NCBI GenBank assembly: GCA_028692275.1
Contig: JAQUXR010000001.1
Location: 67,700 to 131,699, forward strand
Length of the DNA stretch: 64,000 bases
DNA from: Lachnospiraceae bacterium
GTDB lineage: Bacteria > Bacillota > Clostridia > Lachnospirales > Lachnospiraceae
Direction of reading: 5' to 3'
Shown here: piece by piece, positions 40,521 through 54,659 of the stretch
How positions within the stretch are numbered: the stretch's first letter is position 1
Layout: each line of letters begins with the position of its first letter
Notes under the pieces: generated by a model
What the model was told of the DNA's origin: nothing
What the model saw: only the letters and a program-made list of their open reading frames with translations
The model's database searches: none
Made by a program: the position numbers and the translations under genes

Positions 40521-41708
40521 TTACTCGATGATTGTAGCAACACGACCTGAACCTACAGTACGTCCACCTTCACGGATAGCGAAAGTAAGACCCTGTTCCA
40601 TAGCGATTGGATGGATCAGTTCGATAGTCATTTCTACGTTATCACCAGGCATACACATTTCTGTGCCTTCTGGAAGGTTGATAACACCTGTGATATCAGT
40701 TGTTCTGAAGTAGAACTGAGGTCTGTAGTTGTTGAAGAAAGGAGTATGACGTCCACCTTCATCTTTTGTCAATACATAAACCTGAGCTGTGAATTTTTTG
40801 TGAGGATGTACGGAACCTGGTTTAGCAAGAACCTGTCCTCTTTCGATTTCCTCTCTCTGAACACCACGAAGTAAGCAACCGATGTTATCACCAGCCTGAG
40901 CTTCGTCAAGAAGTTTACGGAACATTTCGATTCCAGTAACAACTACTTTACGGGATTCTTCTTTAACACCAACGATTTCGATTTCTTCAGATACACGAAG
41001 AACACCACGTTCTACTCTACCTGTTGCAACAGTACCACGACCTGTGATAGAGAAAACATCCTCTACAGGCATAAGGAATGGCTGATCTGTAGCACGCTGT
41101 GGATCTGGAATATAGGAATCTACTGTATCCATTAATTCCATGATCTTGTCGCCCCATTCGCTGCTAGGATCTTCAAGTGCTTTTAAAGCAGAACCTTTAA
41201 CGATTGGGCAATCTGTGAAATCATACTCTTCAAGAACTTCCTGAATTTCCATTTCTACTAATTCAAGTAATTCTTCGTCATCTACCATATCACATTTGTT
41301 CATGAATACTACGATGTAAGGAACACCAACCTGACGGGAAAGTAAGATATGCTCTTTAGTCTGAGCCATAACACCATCAGTAGCAGCTACTACAAGAATA
41401 GCTCCATCCATCTGTGCAGCACCTGTGATCATGTTCTTTACATAATCGGCATGTCCTGGGCAGTCAACGTGTGCATAATGACGGTTGTCTGTTTCGTACT
41501 CAACATGAGCTGTAGAGATTGTGATACCACGTTCTCTTTCCTCTGGAGCTTTATCGATGTTCTCGAAATCTACGACTTCGTTACCTGCTACTCTTGCTGC
41601 TAAAACTTTTGTGATTGCAGCTGTTAAAGTTGTTTTACCATGGTCAACGTGACCGATTGTACCAATGTTACAATGTGGCTTATTTCTTTCAAACTTAGCT
41701 TTTGCCAT
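40521..41708 (-). CDS. tuf: elongation factor Tu
   Basis: 395 aa starting [28 protein letters not shown], with DCPGHADY and NKCD motifs. Confidence 0.97.
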   Translation of the reverse strand: MAKAKFERNKPHCNIGTIGHVDHGKTTLTAAITKVLAARVAGNEVVDFENIDKAPEERERGITISTAHVEYETDNRHYAHVDCPGHADYVKNMITGAAQMDGAILVVAATDGVMAQTKEHILLSRQVGVPYIVVFMNKCDMVDDEELLELVEMEIQEVLEEYDFTDCPIVKGSALKALEDPSSEWGDKIMELMDTVDSYIPDPQRATDQPFLMPVEDVFSITGRGTVATGRVERGVLRVSEEIEIVGVKEESRKVVVTGIEMFRKLLDEAQAGDNIGCLLRGVQREEIERGQVLAKPGSVHPHKKFTAQVYVLTKDEGGRHTPFFNNYRPQFYFRTTDITGVINLPEGTEMCMPGDNVEMTIELIHPIAMEQGLTFAIREGGRTVGSGRVATIIE

Positions 41709-41765
41709 TTTAAACGTCCTCCTTTTATAAATGCCTCTACGGGCTTCATTTTTCGGCTATCTATG

Positions 41766-41794
41766 ATTATATTGCATTTTATGCAGATATTCAA
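41766..41794 (-). promoter_or_regulatory. internal sigma-A type promoter in front of tuf
   Basis: Minus strand TTGAAT, 17 nt, TATAAT, in the 121-nt fusA-tuf spacer. Confidence 0.65.
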
Positions 41795-41829
41795 GTCTAT
41801 TTTTAGGAATTTACTCTATTCTTCAGCTA

Positions 41830-43947
41830 TTATTTAGCCTTAGCGCTGAGTACCTTTTCCTGAACACTCTTAGGTACCTGTTCGTATTTCTCGAAGAACA
41901 TGGAATAGTTACCACGGCCCTGAGTTTTAGAACGAAGGTCTGTAGAGTATCCAAACATTTCAGCAAGCGGAACATATGCTTTAACCAGTTTACCGCCACC
42001 GATATCTTCCATACCTTCAATACGACCACGACGGGAGTTGATATCACCGATAACATCACCCATGTACTCTTCAGGCATAGTTACTTCTACTTTCATGATA
42101 GGCTCAAGAAGTACTGGATTACCTTTCTTCATAGCATCTTTGAATGCAAGAGAACCTGCAATGTGGAATGCCATTTCAGATGAATCGACTTCATGGTAAG
42201 AACCATCATATACTGTAGCGTGAACACCCAATACAGGGAATCCACCAAGAATACCAGCTTTAGCTGCTTCTTCGATACCTTCACCAACTGCTGGGATATA
42301 TTCCTTAGGAATAGAACCACCAACAACGCTGGATTCAAATTTGAATGTTTCTTCAGCATTCGCATCCATTGGCTCGAATTTAACTTTACAATGACCGTAC
42401 TGACCACGACCACCGGACTGTTTAGCATATTTGCTATCAACATCAACTGGTTTTGTAAATGTTTCTTTGTAAGCAACCTGAGGTGCACCTACGTTAGCTT
42501 CAACCTTGAATTCACGTAAAAGTCTGTCTACGATGATTTCCAAATGAAGTTCACCCATACCAGCGATGATTGTCTGACCTGTTTCCTGATCTGTATGTGC
42601 ACGGAATGTAGGATCTTCTTCAGCAAGTTTTGCTAAAGCTTCACCCATCTTGCCCTGACCAGCTTTTGTCTTAGGCTCGATAGCGAGCTCGATAACTGGT
42701 TCTGGGAATTCCATGGACTCCAGAATTACTGGATGCTGTTCATCACAGATTGTATCACCAGTTGTTGTCACTTTGAAGCCAACAGCTGCGGCGATATCAC
42801 CTGCATAAACTCTGTCCAATTCAGCTCTTTTGTTAGCATGCATCTGAAGGATACGGCCAACACGTTCTTTTTTGCCTTTTGTTGCATTTAATACGTAAGA
42901 ACCGGAGTTCATAGTACCGGAGTAAACACGGAAGAATGCCAGTTTACCAACGAATGGGTCTGCCATAATCTTAAATGCTAAAGCGGAGAAAGGTTCATCA
43001 TCAGATGAATGTCTTTCTACTTCATTACCATCTTCATCAACACCCTTAATAGCAGCGATGTCTGTAGGAGCTGGCATGAATTCAATAATTGCGTTAAGAA
43101 GTTTCTGAACGCCTTTATTTCTATATGCGGAACCACAGCAAACTGGAACTGCTGTACATTCGCATGTAGCTTTTCTTAAAACTGCTTTAAGTTCTTCTAC
43201 AGTTGGTTCTTCACCTTCAAGATATGCTAACATTAATTCGTCATCTAATTCGCAGATTTTCTCTACTAATTCTGTACGATAAAGTTCAGCATCATCCTGC
43301 ATATCTTCCGGAATATCTGTAATAGAAATGCTTTCGCCTTTTTCATCATTGTAGATGTAAGCTTTCATTTCAAACAGGTCAATGATTCCTTTGAAATCAT
43401 CTTCTTTTCCGATAGGCAGCTGAAGTACGATAGCGTTCTTACCTAATCTGGTACGAATCTGATCTACCGCATTGTAGAAGTTTGCACCTAAAATATCCAT
43501 CTTATTGATGAATGCCATTCTAGGTACATCATAGGTATCAGCCTGACGCCATACGTTTTCAGACTGAGGTTCAACGCCACCCTTTGCGCAGAATACGCCG
43601 ACAGCTCCGTCGAGTACACGCAAAGAACGTTCAACCTCTACTGTAAAGTCAACATGTCCAGGTGTATCAATGATATTGATACGGTTTTCTAAAGCACCAG
43701 CTTTTGGCTGATTGTCTTCCTGAAGTGTCCAATGACATGTTGTGGCAGCTGAAGTAATTGTAATACCTCTTTCCTGTTCCTGCTCCATCCAGTCCATGGT
43801 AGCAGTACCTTCATGGGTATCACCAATTTTATAGTTTACACCAGTATAATAAAGGATACGCTCTGTTAATGTGGTTTTACCTGCATCGATATGAGCCATA
43901 ATACCAATGTTTCTGGTTCTCTCTAATGGATATTCTCTTCCAGCCAA
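41830..43947 (-). CDS. fusA: elongation factor G
   Basis: 705 aa with [15 protein letters not shown] and [11 protein letters not shown] start codon at 43947 with AGGAGG 8 nt upstream. Confidence 0.96.
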   Translation of the reverse strand: MAGREYPLERTRNIGIMAHIDAGKTTLTERILYYTGVNYKIGDTHEGTATMDWMEQEQERGITITSAATTCHWTLQEDNQPKAGALENRINIIDTPGHVDFTVEVERSLRVLDGAVGVFCAKGGVEPQSENVWRQADTYDVPRMAFINKMDILGANFYNAVDQIRTRLGKNAIVLQLPIGKEDDFKGIIDLFEMKAYIYNDEKGESISITDIPEDMQDDAELYRTELVEKICELDDELMLAYLEGEEPTVEELKAVLRKATCECTAVPVCCGSAYRNKGVQKLLNAIIEFMPAPTDIAAIKGVDEDGNEVERHSSDDEPFSALAFKIMADPFVGKLAFFRVYSGTMNSGSYVLNATKGKKERVGRILQMHANKRAELDRVYAGDIAAAVGFKVTTTGDTICDEQHPVILESMEFPEPVIELAIEPKTKAGQGKMGEALAKLAEEDPTFRAHTDQETGQTIIAGMGELHLEIIVDRLLREFKVEANVGAPQVAYKETFTKPVDVDSKYAKQSGGRGQYGHCKVKFEPMDANAEETFKFESSVVGGSIPKEYIPAVGEGIEEAAKAGILGGFPVLGVHATVYDGSYHEVDSSEMAFHIAGSLAFKDAMKKGNPVLLEPIMKVEVTMPEEYMGDVIGDINSRRGRIEGMEDIGGGKLVKAYVPLAEMFGYSTDLRSKTQGRGNYSMFFEKYEQVPKSVQEKVLSAKAK

Positions 43948-43991
43948 GGATAATTCCTCCTTATAAATAAGTCAGGCAGCAATGGCAATGC

Positions 43992-44537
<546 letters not shown>

Positions 44538-44652
44538 TCATGAAGCAGCCCTACGTGTTCGCGCCGAATCGCGTTTATATAAACCTGCAACCTAAGCTGC
44601 CTGGTAAAATAATGCTACATTCGCCGCAATAGTATTTGGTTTGAAAACAGTA

Positions 44653-45072
44653 TTATTTAGCGTCCTTAGGTCTCTTAGCTCCGTATTTGGAACGAGCCTG
44701 TCTTCTCTTAGCGACACCAGCTGTATCCAAAGTACCACGAACGATGTGATATCTTGTACCTGGTAAGTCTTTTACTCTACCGCCACGGATAAGTACAACA
44801 CTATGTTCCTGAAGATTATGACCTTCACCTGGGATATAGCTTGTTACTTCAATACCGTTAGAGAGACGAACTCTGGCGATCTTTCTAAGAGCTGAGTTAG
44901 GTTTTTTAGGAGTCGCTGTCTTCACTGCAGTACAAACACCTCGCTTCTGTGGAGCTGACTGATCTGTCGGCTTTTTGTGAAGGGAGTTGTAACCTTTCTG
45001 AAGTGCTGGTGCTGTGGATTTCTTATCTACAGTCTGTCTTCCTTTTCTTACTAACTGGTTAAATGTTGGCAT
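44653..45072 (-). CDS. rpsL: 30S ribosomal protein S12
   Basis: Trimmed to ATG 45072 ([13 protein letters not shown]..), with AGGAGG 8 nt upstream. Confidence 0.96.
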   Translation of the reverse strand: MPTFNQLVRKGRQTVDKKSTAPALQKGYNSLHKKPTDQSAPQKRGVCTAVKTATPKKPNSALRKIARVRLSNGIEVTSYIPGEGHNLQEHSVVLIRGGRVKDLPGTRYHIVRGTLDTAGVAKRRQARSKYGAKRPKDAK

Positions 45073-45170
45073 TATTTTCACCTCCTGCATAATATAAAAT
45101 AGGTTGCCGTAAAGTCTTACGGTTTTTTTTGCGTGCATAAAAAGGCATGCCTAGTTACGCACACTATTTG

Positions 45171-45199
45171 AGTATATCAACTATTTTTTCCCTTGTCAA
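45171..45199 (-). promoter_or_regulatory. sigma-A type promoter of the str operon (rpsL-rpsG-fusA-tuf)
   Basis: Minus strand TTGACA, 17 nt, TATACT, about 90 nt upstream of the rpsL ATG. Confidence 0.7.
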
Positions 45200-45286
45200 T
45201 TGATTTTAATAAAAGTTTTCGTTTTTTACACCATATTTATACAAGGGATTATGTCCTTTTTTACAGACATGAAACCCTCTCATATG

Positions 45287-45335
45287 AAAAGAGAAATAAA
45301 GAAGAATCCGGAAGCAGACATAGCCCCGGATTCCT
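45287..45335 (-). terminator. intrinsic terminator after rpoC
   Basis: mRNA sense GAATCCGG-ggctatgtctgctt-CCGGATTC followed by a T-rich tract (ttctttatttctctttt). Confidence 0.65.
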
Positions 45336-45351
45336 CTCAATGAATTTTTAA

Positions 45352-48300
45352 TTATTCTTCAATAACGCCAATAACAGCTTCTTCATCGTTTGGCATTTCT
45401 ATATCTGTAGCAAATTCCTGCACATCATCTTCCAACATGATTTCTTCATCATCTTCAGACAACATCAATTCCATATCCGGATTGATGTCTGTATTCAGAC
45501 GTGTGGAACGATAACGACGCATACCTGTACCGGCTGGAATAAGCTTACCAATCAATACATTTTCCTTCAGACCAATCAATGGATCGACTTTACCCTTGAT
45601 AGCAGCATCGGTCAATACCTTGGTTGTCTCCTGGAAGGAAGCAGCAGACAGGAAGGAGTTTGTTGCCAATGAAGCCTTTGTAATACCGAGCATTACCTGA
45701 CTTCCTTCAGCAGGTTCTTTTTCCTGTTCTACAAGATTCTCGTTGATTTCTTCAAAGTCGAGAACATCCACCAGTGTACCCGGAAGATATTCTGTATCTC
45801 CGCTATTTTCAATACGAATCTTCTTCAGCATCTGACGTACAATAACTTCGACATGCTTATCGTTGATTTCAACACCCTGAAGACGGTATACACGCTGTAC
45901 TTCCTGAATCATGTAATCCTGTACGGCACGAACACCCTTAATCTTAAGGATATCATGTGGATTAACACTACCTTCTGTCAGCTCATCACCGGCTTCAATA
46001 TTCTGGCCTTCCATAACTTTGATTCTGGAGCCGTAAGGAATAAGATATGCCTTTGTCTCACCGGTTTCATTGTTTGTTACAACGACTTCACGTTTTTTCT
46101 TAGTGTCTTTAATGCTTACTACACCGGCAAATTCGGAGATGATTGCAAGACCCTTAGGCTTTCTTGCTTCAAAAAGCTCCTCGACACGAGGAAGACCCTG
46201 TGTGATATCATCACCGGCAACACCACCTGTATGGAAAGTACGCATTGTCAGCTGTGTACCAGGTTCACCGATAGACTGAGCAGCAATAATACCAACAGCC
46301 TCACCGACCTGTACAGCCTGGCCCGTTGCCATGTTGGCACCGTAGCACTTCGCACACACACCGATATGGGAACGGCAGGAAAGCACTGTACGGATTTTAA
46401 CCTTATTCAAACCAAGTTTGTTTACAGCTGCTGCACGTTTTGGTGTAATCATTGTATTCGCTTTGACAAGAACTTCTCCTGTTTCAGGATCTGTGATATC
46501 TTCAGCAGCATAACGTCCTGTCATACGGTCCTGAAGACCTTCAATAACTTCCTTGCCATCCATGAATGCTTCAATCCACATTCCTGGAATTTCTCCGGTA
46601 TCTTCGCAGCAGTCTGTTTCACGGATAATTAAATCCTGAGATACATCTACCAGACGACGCGTCAGGTAACCTGAATCGGCTGTACGAAGAGCTGTATCAG
46701 ACAGACCCTTACGAGCACCATGAGCGGAAATGAAGTATTCCAATACGTCAAGACCTTCACGGAAGTTAGATTTGATAGGCAATTCAATGGTACGGCCTGA
46801 AGTATCGGCCATCAAACCACGCATACCTGCCAGCTGTTTAATCTGCTGGTTGGAACCACGGGCACCGGAATCAGCCATCATATAAATATTGTTGTATTTA
46901 TCCAAGTTAGATAACAGAGCTTCTGTAATCTTATCATCGGCCTGTTTCCAGGTTTCCACAACGGCTTTATAACGTTCTTCTTCTGTAGTGAAACCACGGC
47001 GGAAGTTCTTTGTGATTTTTTCAATTGTTTTTTCTGCATCTTCAATGAGCTGTTTCTTAGCACCCGGTACAGACATATCCGATACGGATACCGTAATGGC
47101 ACTCACTGTGGAGTATTTGTAACCTGTGGATTTAATAAGGTCAAGTACTTCTGCAGTTTTTGTTGCTCCATGAGTATTGATACATTTATCAATAATCTGT
47201 TTCAGCTGTTTCTTTCCAACAAGGAAATCAATTTCTGGAACTAAATCGTTCTCTGGAAGAGCACGGTTTACAAATCCCAAATCCTGAGGAATAATTTCAT
47301 TGAAAATGAAACGTCCCAATGTGGATTCAATGATTTTTGTCATCTTCTCGCCATTTACGTAGCCTTCTTTACGAATCTTGATACGTGCCTGGAGAGTGAT
47401 TACTTTATTTTCATAAGCCATGATAGCTTCATTAACATCGTAGAAGAACTTGCCTTCTCCTCTGTCTCCCGGTTTTTCCAAAGTCAAATAGTAAATACCA
47501 AGAACCATATCCTGTGAAGGAACAGCTACCGGTGCACCATCTGAAGGTTTCAGAAGGTTGTTTGGAGATAAAAGCATGAAACGGCACTCCGCCTGAGCTT
47601 CTACAAACAAAGGTACATGGACAGCCATCTGGTCACCATCGAAATCGGCATTGTAAGCGGTACAAACCAATGGATGCAGTTTAATAGCCTTACCTTCAAC
47701 CAATACCGGTTCAAAGGCCTGGATACCCAGACGATGGAGTGTAGGTGCACGGTTCAGCATAACCGGATGTTCTTTAATAACATCTTCCAGCACATCCCAA
47801 ACCTCTGGCTGAAGACGTTCTACCATCTTCTTAGCAGATTTAATGTTATGGGCAAGTCCGCCGCCAACAAGTTCTTTCATAACGAAAGGTTTGAAGAGCT
47901 CGATAGCCATTTCTTTTGGCAGACCACACTGATAAATCTTAAGTTCAGGACCAACAACGATAACGGAACGACCGGAATAGTCAACACGTTTACCGAGAAG
48001 GTTCTGACGGAAACGTCCCTGTTTACCTTTCAGCATATCGGAAAGGGATTTCAGTGCACGGTTTCCAGGTCCTGTTACAGGACGGCCACGACGGCCATTG
48101 TCAATAAGAGCATCTACTGCTTCCTGAAGCATACGTTTTTCGTTACGAACAATGATGTCCGGAGCGCCGAGTTCAAGAAGTCGTTTCAGACGGTTATTTC
48201 TATTAATAATACGACGATATAAATCATTTAAATCGGATGTTGCAAAACGTCCGCCATCCAACTGTACCATCGGACGGATGTCCGGAGGAATTACTGGAAT

Positions 48301-49014
48301 AACGGTCAGAATCATCCATTCCGGACGGTTTCCTGAGGAACGGAAAGCTTCAACAACTTCAAGACGTTTAATGATTCTGGCACGCTTCTGACCTGTAGAG
48401 GTTTTCAAATCTCTCTTCAGTTCTTCTGCTTCTTTTTCCAGGTCAATAACTTCCAAAAGTTCTTTGATGGATTCTGCACCCATGCCGGCACGGAAAGTAT
48501 TTCCGAATTTTTCGTAAGCATCTCTGTATTCTTTTTCAGACAGAACCTGTTTATACTGCAGGTCTGTTTCGCCCTTATCCAAAACAACGTAAGATGCGAA
48601 GTAAAGAATCTTCTCCAGATTTCTAGGAGACATATCAAGGATTAAACCAAGACGGCTTGGAATTCCCTTGAAGTACCAGATATGTGACACAGGAGCTGCC
48701 AGCTCAATATGTCCCATTCTCTCTCTACGAACGTTAGATTTTGTAACCTCAACACCACAACGGTCACAAACAACGCCTTTATAACGAATCTTTTTGTATT
48801 TACCACAATGGCACTCCCAGTCTTTCTGAGGTCCAAAAATTCGCTCGCAGAACAAACCATCTTTTTCCGGTTTCAGAGTTCTATAGTTGATAGTCTCAGG
48901 CTTTTTAACTTCGCCATGGGACCAGCTTATAATTTTCTCAGGGGAAGCCAAACCAATCTTAATGGCATCAAATGTCATTGGTTGATATGCTTCGCTGCTA
49001 TTCATATCAGGCAT
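45352..49014 (-). CDS. rpoC: DNA-directed RNA polymerase subunit beta'
   Basis: Trimmed to ATG 49014 (AAGGAG 8 nt upstream, just after the rpoB stop). Contains NADFDGDQM and the zinc motif CHCGKY..CDRCG. Confidence 0.97.
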   Translation of the reverse strand: MPDMNSSEAYQPMTFDAIKIGLASPEKIISWSHGEVKKPETINYRTLKPEKDGLFCERIFGPQKDWECHCGKYKKIRYKGVVCDRCGVEVTKSNVRRERMGHIELAAPVSHIWYFKGIPSRLGLILDMSPRNLEKILYFASYVVLDKGETDLQYKQVLSEKEYRDAYEKFGNTFRAGMGAESIKELLEVIDLEKEAEELKRDLKTSTGQKRARIIKRLEVVEAFRSSGNRPEWMILTVIPVIPPDIRPMVQLDGGRFATSDLNDLYRRIINRNNRLKRLLELGAPDIIVRNEKRMLQEAVDALIDNGRRGRPVTGPGNRALKSLSDMLKGKQGRFRQNLLGKRVDYSGRSVIVVGPELKIYQCGLPKEMAIELFKPFVMKELVGGGLAHNIKSAKKMVERLQPEVWDVLEDVIKEHPVMLNRAPTLHRLGIQAFEPVLVEGKAIKLHPLVCTAYNADFDGDQMAVHVPLFVEAQAECRFMLLSPNNLLKPSDGAPVAVPSQDMVLGIYYLTLEKPGDRGEGKFFYDVNEAIMAYENKVITLQARIKIRKEGYVNGEKMTKIIESTLGRFIFNEIIPQDLGFVNRALPENDLVPEIDFLVGKKQLKQIIDKCINTHGATKTAEVLDLIKSTGYKYSTVSAITVSVSDMSVPGAKKQLIEDAEKTIEKITKNFRRGFTTEEERYKAVVETWKQADDKITEALLSNLDKYNNIYMMADSGARGSNQQIKQLAGMRGLMADTSGRTIELPIKSNFREGLDVLEYFISAHGARKGLSDTALRTADSGYLTRRLVDVSQDLIIRETDCCEDTGEIPGMWIEAFMDGKEVIEGLQDRMTGRYAAEDITDPETGEVLVKANTMITPKRAAAVNKLGLNKVKIRTVLSCRSHIGVCAKCYGANMATGQAVQVGEAVGIIAAQSIGEPGTQLTMRTFHTGGVAGDDITQGLPRVEELFEARKPKGLAIISEFAGVVSIKDTKKKREVVVTNNETGETKAYLIPYGSRIKVMEGQNIEAGDELTEGSVNPHDILKIKGVRAVQDYMIQEVQRVYRLQGVEINDKHVEVIVRQMLKKIRIENSGDTEYLPGTLVDVLDFEEINENLVEQEKEPAEGSQVMLGITKASLATNSFLSAASFQETTKVLTDAAIKGKVDPLIGLKENVLIGKLIPAGTGMRRYRSTRLNTDINPDMELMLSEDDEEIMLEDDVQEFATDIEMPNDEEAVIGVIEE

Positions 49015-49030
49015 TAACGGCACTCCTTTC

Positions 49031-52000
49031 TTAATCCAATTCTGGTGCATCTTCAAATGGTTCGAGGACTTCTTCATCTACTGTTTCCTCTACCACATCA
49101 ACGAATTCGCTGCCTTCCAAGGTCTGTTCTTTATATCCATAATCGCTGAGGGATTCACCTTCATCGACATAATTTCTCTGGCTGTTCATATAATTACGAT
49201 ACTCTTCTTCTTCAGTGTAATCAATGTTTTCACCAATTTCCACTTCTGTCTGATCATCCCGGAGTACGCGGACATCGAGAGCCAGGGACTGAAGTTCTTT
49301 AAGAAGTACTTTAAAGGATTCCGGAATACCAGGTTCTGTAATATTCTCACCTTTAATGATAGCTTCATAAGTTTTAACACGTCCTGTAACATCATCTGAC
49401 TTGAAGGTCAGGATTTCCTGCAATGTATAGGATGCGCCGTATGCTTCCAGTGCCCAAACTTCCATCTCACCGAAACGCTGTCCACCGAACTGAGCTTTAC
49501 CACCCAAAGGCTGCTGTGTAACAAGTGAGTAAGGACCTGTAGAACGTGCATGGATTTTATCATCAACCAAATGATGGAGTTTAAGGTAATGCATGTATCC
49601 AACAGTAACCGGGCTGTCAAATTCTTCGCCGGTACGACCGTCACGAAGTTTAACCTTACCTGTTCTGTCAATAGGAACACCCTTCCACTCTTCACGGTAA
49701 TCCATATGCTCTTCCAGATAGTTGTAAGTTTCTTCAGAAAGTCTGTCTTTCCAAAGTTCTGTGAATTCTTCCCATGACTTATTAACATAGTCATTGGCAA
49801 GTTCCAGCGTCTGCATGATATCTTCTTCATCTGCACCGTTAAATACAGGCGTTTCAATCTTAAATCCAAGAGCTTTTGCTGCAAGTCCAAGATGAACTTC
49901 CAATACCTGTCCGATATTCATACGGGAAGGTACGCCCAATGGGTTCAAAACGATATCAAGCGGACGTCCGTTTGGAAGGAATGGCATATCTTCAGCAGGT
50001 AAGACACGGGAAACAACACCCTTGTTACCATGACGTCCGGCCATCTTATCACCAACGGAAATCTTACGTTTCTGAGCAATATATACGCGAACGGATTCAT
50101 TTACTCCCGGTGGAAGTTCGTCTCCGTTTTCTCTTGTAAATACTTTTGCATCAATGATGATACCATAATCACCATGAGGCACTTTAAGGGATGTATCTCT
50201 GACTTCTCTGGCTTTTTCTCCAAAGATAGCACGAAGAAGACGTTCTTCAGCTGTCAGTTCTGTTTCGCCCTTAGGTGTTACTTTACCTACGAGAATATCT
50301 CCCGCACGCACTTCAGCACCAACACGGATAATACCTCTTTCATCAAGATTCTTCAGTGCATCGTCACCGACACCCGGTACATCTCTTGTGATTTCTTCTG
50401 GTCCGAGTTTTGTATCTCTGGCTTCTGCTTCATATTCAGCAATATGAATAGATGTGTAAACATCTTCCTGAACCAGACGTTCGCTTAAGAGGACAGCATC
50501 CTCGAAGTTGTAACCTTCCCATGTCATAAATCCGATTAATGGGTTTTTACCAAGTCCCAGCTCACCCTGAGCTGTAGATGGGCCATCGGCTAAAACGTCA
50601 CCGGCTTCAACATGTTCGTTTTTGAAAACGATAGGTCTCTGATTGTAGCAGGCACCCTGGTTACTTCCAACGAATTTCTGAAGTTTGTAAACATCTCTTT
50701 CACCATCATCTGTTTTAACGATGATTTCATTTGCAGCAGAACGTGTAATTGTACCTGCACGTTTTGCAACAACACAAACACCGGAGTCAACCGCTGTCTT
50801 CTGCTCCATACCTGTTCCTACAATAGAGGAATCTGTTAACATCAGAGGTACTGCCTGACGCTGCATGTTAGAGCCCATCAGCGCACGGTTAGCATCATCA
50901 TTCTGAAGGAATGGAATCATGGATGTTGCCACAGAGAATACCATTCTTGGAGAAACGTCCATCAAATCCACTTTAGATTTTTCAAACTCGGATGTTTCTT
51001 CCTGATAACGACCGGAAATGTTTGTATTTACAAAGTATCCGTTCTCATCAATAGGCTCATTCGCCTGAGCAACTGTATAATTATCCTCTTCATCTGCGGT
51101 CAGATAAACAACATCATCTGTAACCCGTGGATTCTTAGGATCTGTTTTGTCCAAAATACGATAAGGTGCTTCGATAAATCCGTACTGATTAATACGTGCA
51201 TAAGATGCAAGGGAGTTAATCAGACCGATGTTAGGACCTTCAGGCGTTTCGATTGGACACATTCTTCCGTAATGGGAGTAGTGAACATCTCGAACTTCGA
51301 ATCCGGCTCTATCTCTTGACAAACCACCAGGTCCCAATGCAGAAAGACGACGTTTATGTGTCAATTCGGACAATGGGTTGTTCTGATCCATAAACTGGGA
51401 CAGCTGAGAACTTCCGAAGAATTCCTTAACAGCAGCTGTTACAGGCTTGATGTTAATCAGAGACTGTGGAGAAATACCTTCCAAATCCTGTGTTGTCATA
51501 CGTTCACGTACAACACGTTCCATACGGGACAAACCGATACGGTACTGGTTCTGAAGCAATTCACCAACAGCACGAATACGACGGTTGCCCAAATGATCGA
51601 TATCATCTGCATTGCCAATGCCATATTCCAGATGGATGTTATAGTTAATAGAAGCAAAAATATCTTCTTTGGTGATATGCATAGGAATTAATTCGTTCAG
51701 ATTCTTGCGAATAGCATCCTTAATATCTTCAATATCATCATTCTGCTCTAAAATAGAACTTAAAAGTGGATAGTAAACTTTTTCAGTAACGCCCACTTCT
51801 TCAGGGTCAACATCAACCCAGTTCTTTAAATCAACCATCATATTGGAAAGAACTTTAACAACTCTTTCTTCTGTCTGTACAAATACGTACTGAACAGCTG
51901 CATTCTGAATTTCTTCAGCAAGCTTTTCAGTAACAATCGTACCGGCTTCAGCGATGATTTCACCGGTTGTTGTATCAACAACTTCTTCTGCTAATGGGAA

Positions 52001-52876
52001 GTTTTTAATCCGGTTTTTCAGAGCAAGTTTTTTATTAAATTTATAACGGCCAACCTTAGCCAGATCATAACGTCTTGCATCAAAGAACATGGCGTTAATC
52101 AGACTCTCTGCACTTTCAACAGCAAGAGGTTCGCCTGGACGAATCTTCTTATATAATTCCAGAAGACCATCCTGATAGTTATCTGATGTATCCTTGGAAA
52201 TACTTGCAAGAATCTTCGGTTCTTCACCAAACATATCGATGATTTCCTGGTTTGTTCCAACACCGAGGGAACGAATCAAAACAGTTACAGGAACCTTACG
52301 TGTACGGTCAACACGTACATTAAAGATATCGTTAGAATCGGTTTCATACTCAAGCCATGCACCACGGTTTGGAATAACTGTACAGGAGTACAGCTTCTTA
52401 CCAATCTTATCATGGCCAATGCCATAATAAATACCAGGTGAACGAACTAACTGGCTGACGATAACACGTTCCGCACCATTAATAACGAATGTACCTGTTT
52501 CTGTCATTAATGGTAAATCACCCATGAAAATCTCGTGTTCATTGATTTCATCGGTCTCTTTATTAATCAGACGAACCTTTACTTTTAATGGTGCAGCATA
52601 GGTTGCATCTCTCTCTTTGCATTCATCGATGCTATATTTCACATCGTCTTTACACAATGTAAAGTCAGTAAATTCCAGACTCAGATGTCCGCTGTAGTCA
52701 GCAATTGGAGAAATGTCTTCAAATACTTCCTTCAAGCCTGTTTCCAGAAACCACTGATAAGAGTTTTTCTGTACTTCAATGAGGTTTGGCATATCAAGAA
52801 CTTCTCGCTGTTTTGCGTAGCTCATGCGAATACCTCTGCCAGATTTCACTGGCCTAATACGCTTCATACTGTTCAT
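49031..52876 (-). CDS. rpoB: DNA-directed RNA polymerase subunit beta
   Basis: 1281 aa containing [23 protein letters not shown] and similar motifs. Confidence 0.97.
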   Translation of the reverse strand: MNSMKRIRPVKSGRGIRMSYAKQREVLDMPNLIEVQKNSYQWFLETGLKEVFEDISPIADYSGHLSLEFTDFTLCKDDVKYSIDECKERDATYAAPLKVKVRLINKETDEINEHEIFMGDLPLMTETGTFVINGAERVIVSQLVRSPGIYYGIGHDKIGKKLYSCTVIPNRGAWLEYETDSNDIFNVRVDRTRKVPVTVLIRSLGVGTNQEIIDMFGEEPKILASISKDTSDNYQDGLLELYKKIRPGEPLAVESAESLINAMFFDARRYDLAKVGRYKFNKKLALKNRIKNFPLAEEVVDTTTGEIIAEAGTIVTEKLAEEIQNAAVQYVFVQTEERVVKVLSNMMVDLKNWVDVDPEEVGVTEKVYYPLLSSILEQNDDIEDIKDAIRKNLNELIPMHITKEDIFASINYNIHLEYGIGNADDIDHLGNRRIRAVGELLQNQYRIGLSRMERVVRERMTTQDLEGISPQSLINIKPVTAAVKEFFGSSQLSQFMDQNNPLSELTHKRRLSALGPGGLSRDRAGFEVRDVHYSHYGRMCPIETPEGPNIGLINSLASYARINQYGFIEAPYRILDKTDPKNPRVTDDVVYLTADEEDNYTVAQANEPIDENGYFVNTNISGRYQEETSEFEKSKVDLMDVSPRMVFSVATSMIPFLQNDDANRALMGSNMQRQAVPLMLTDSSIVGTGMEQKTAVDSGVCVVAKRAGTITRSAANEIIVKTDDGERDVYKLQKFVGSNQGACYNQRPIVFKNEHVEAGDVLADGPSTAQGELGLGKNPLIGFMTWEGYNFEDAVLLSERLVQEDVYTSIHIAEYEAEARDTKLGPEEITRDVPGVGDDALKNLDERGIIRVGAEVRAGDILVGKVTPKGETELTAEERLLRAIFGEKAREVRDTSLKVPHGDYGIIIDAKVFTRENGDELPPGVNESVRVYIAQKRKISVGDKMAGRHGNKGVVSRVLPAEDMPFLPNGRPLDIVLNPLGVPSRMNIGQVLEVHLGLAAKALGFKIETPVFNGADEEDIMQTLELANDYVNKSWEEFTELWKDRLSEETYNYLEEHMDYREEWKGVPIDRTGKVKLRDGRTGEEFDSPVTVGYMHYLKLHHLVDDKIHARSTGPYSLVTQQPLGGKAQFGGQRFGEMEVWALEAYGASYTLQEILTFKSDDVTGRVKTYEAIIKGENITEPGIPESFKVLLKELQSLALDVRVLRDDQTEVEIGENIDYTEEEEYRNYMNSQRNYVDEGESLSDYGYKEQTLEGSEFVDVVEETVDEEVLEPFEDAPELD

Positions 52877-52982
52877 TGACGGTTTTCACTCCTTATAATC
52901 AAGTAGACAGTTTAAAAGTTGCTTTTATTGCTCACTTTTGACCACAAAAAGGCCTAAGTGTCCATACTAATCGTATCGTAAC

Positions 52983-53011
52983 ATTATAGTATAAAGATTT
53001 TCGGGTGTCAA
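52983..53011 (-). promoter_or_regulatory. consensus sigma-A promoter dedicated to rpoBC
   Basis: Minus strand TTGACA, 17 nt, TATAAT (both hexamers are consensus), about 100 nt upstream of the rpoB ATG. Confidence 0.75.
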
Positions 53012-53052
53012 TCCCCCTTCCCCCTACTTTTCTTATTTTATAAGGGTTTTAC

Positions 53053-53081
53053 ATGACTTTTTGCCTTTCATCTGCTATAAT
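53053..53081 (+). promoter_or_regulatory. candidate promoter of the alpha-amylase gene (divergent from the rpoB promoter)
   Basis: Plus strand ATGACT, 17 nt, TATAAT, 45 nt before ATG 53126. Confidence 0.5.
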
Positions 53082-53125
53082 CAAAGCAATTTACAGCTAT
53101 TTTCGACAAAGAAAGGACAGATATT

Positions 53126-54595
53126 ATGGACAATTTAACGATGATACAATATTTCGAATGGTATCTTCCCGAGGACAAAACCCTGTGGCGCAGATGTACT
53201 GCCCAGGCGAAACGCCTTGCCCGGTTCGGTCTGAACATGGTCTGGCTTCCTCCTGCTTACAAGGGTGCCAACGGTGTTCGGGATGTGGGCTATGCCGTTT
53301 ATGATACATATGATTTAGGAGAGTTTGACCAGAAGGGCTCTGTTGAGACAAAATACGGCAGTAAAAAGGATTATCTCACTGCTATCAAATCCCTTCAGGA
53401 TGCCGGTATTTCCGTTTTAGCCGATGTCGTCCTGAACCACCGCATCGGTGCCGATGGTCTGGAAAATACTCAGGCGACCGAAACCGACTTCAATAACCGT
53501 TTCGAATCAACCTCTGCAGAACATCCTGTTTCCGTCTGGACCCGTTTTGATTTTGAAGGACGGCATAATGCCTATTCAGATTTTAAATGGAACTGGACCC
53601 ATTTCAGCGGTACAGATTGGGATGAAGCCACCAAACGTCAGGCCATTCTCCAATTTCACGGTAAGGACTGGGATAAAAATGTAGACTCAGAACATGGCAA
53701 TTATGATTTTCTCATGGGTGCTGATTTAGATATGAGCAATCCTGAGGTGGATGCTGAATTAAACCGTTGGGGCAAATGGTACCTGGATACCACGGGTGTG
53801 GATGGTTTCCGTCTGGATGCAGTGAAGCATATAGACAGCAGTTTTTATGCCAAATGGTTGTCCGATATGCGTGCCTACAGAGGAAATGATTTCTTCACCG
53901 TTGGCGAATACTGGACACCTGAGACAGATAAGCTTCTTGCTTACCTTGACCATACCGGTCACTGCATGAGTTTATTTGATGCTCCCCTTCATTTTCATTT
54001 TCATGATGCATCCTGTGCCGATGGAAATTATGACCTGGGCAGTCTGTTTTCCAATACCCTGGCTGAGCGGGATGGCTACCACGCTGTAACTTTCGTGGAC
54101 AATCATGACACCCAGCCCGGACAGGCACTCCAGTCTCCTGTAGCAGCCTGGTTCAAACCGCTGGCTTATGGACTGATTCTTCTGAACGAAAAAGGCGTCC
54201 CATGTGTCTTTTATGGTGACTTGTACGGAATGCCCCATGAAAATATGCCTCCGGTAGCCCGCCTGCCTCGCCTTATATTTCTTCGCAAAATTGCCGCCTA
54301 CGGTTATCAGCATGATTATTTCGATGACCAGAATGTCGTTGGTTTCACCCGGGAAGGTGACACTGAACATCCGGACTCTGGTCTGGCCATGCTTATTTCT
54401 GATAAAGCCGGCGGTGAAAAAGTAATGTATGTCGGCAGACAGTTTTCCGGTCAGCGTTTTTACGACTGCACTGAACACTGTTGGGAATCCGTTGAAATCG
54501 ATGCCGAAGGCTGTGGAACCTTCCGTGTTCTCGGCGGTTCTATTTCCGTGTGGGTAACCTTGCCTGTTTATGAACGTGTACAAATAGAAACCTAA
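53126..54595 (+). CDS. cytoplasmic GH13 alpha-amylase (AmyA/Bacillus liquefying-type)
   Basis: 489 aa with no signal peptide. Contains MIQYFEWYLP, VYDTYDLGEF, GFRLDAVKHI and FVDNHD conserved regions. Confidence 0.88.
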   Translation: MDNLTMIQYFEWYLPEDKTLWRRCTAQAKRLARFGLNMVWLPPAYKGANGVRDVGYAVYDTYDLGEFDQKGSVETKYGSKKDYLTAIKSLQDAGISVLADVVLNHRIGADGLENTQATETDFNNRFESTSAEHPVSVWTRFDFEGRHNAYSDFKWNWTHFSGTDWDEATKRQAILQFHGKDWDKNVDSEHGNYDFLMGADLDMSNPEVDAELNRWGKWYLDTTGVDGFRLDAVKHIDSSFYAKWLSDMRAYRGNDFFTVGEYWTPETDKLLAYLDHTGHCMSLFDAPLHFHFHDASCADGNYDLGSLFSNTLAERDGYHAVTFVDNHDTQPGQALQSPVAAWFKPLAYGLILLNEKGVPCVFYGDLYGMPHENMPPVARLPRLIFLRKIAAYGYQHDYFDDQNVVGFTREGDTEHPDSGLAMLISDKAGGEKVMYVGRQFSGQRFYDCTEHCWESVEIDAEGCGTFRVLGGSISVWVTLPVYERVQIET

Positions 54596-54602
54596 AATTG
54601 CC

Positions 54603-54659
54603 AAAAGCTCTATGTTCTCCGAAAGCTGCGAAGTGCTTTCTTCAAACATAGAGCTTTTT
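54603..54659. terminator. bidirectional terminator between convergent genes
   Basis: aAAAGCTCTATGTT..(GAAAGC-tgcgaagt-GCTTTC)..AACATAGAGCTTTTt. The right arm overlaps the stop of the minus-strand gene. Confidence 0.7.

Noticed and set aside
45853-46632. 259-aa plus-strand ORF, along with other 60-200-aa plus-strand ORFs across 45352-52876.
   Set aside because: They lie entirely antisense to rpoC/rpoB, whose identity is unambiguous. They have no SD, and their composition is low-complexity or Cys/Phe-rich, as expected of shadow frames.
53972-54649. 225-aa minus-strand ORF inside the amylase gene.
   Set aside because: It is antisense to a clearly recognisable GH13 amylase. It has no recognisable motifs and no SD.
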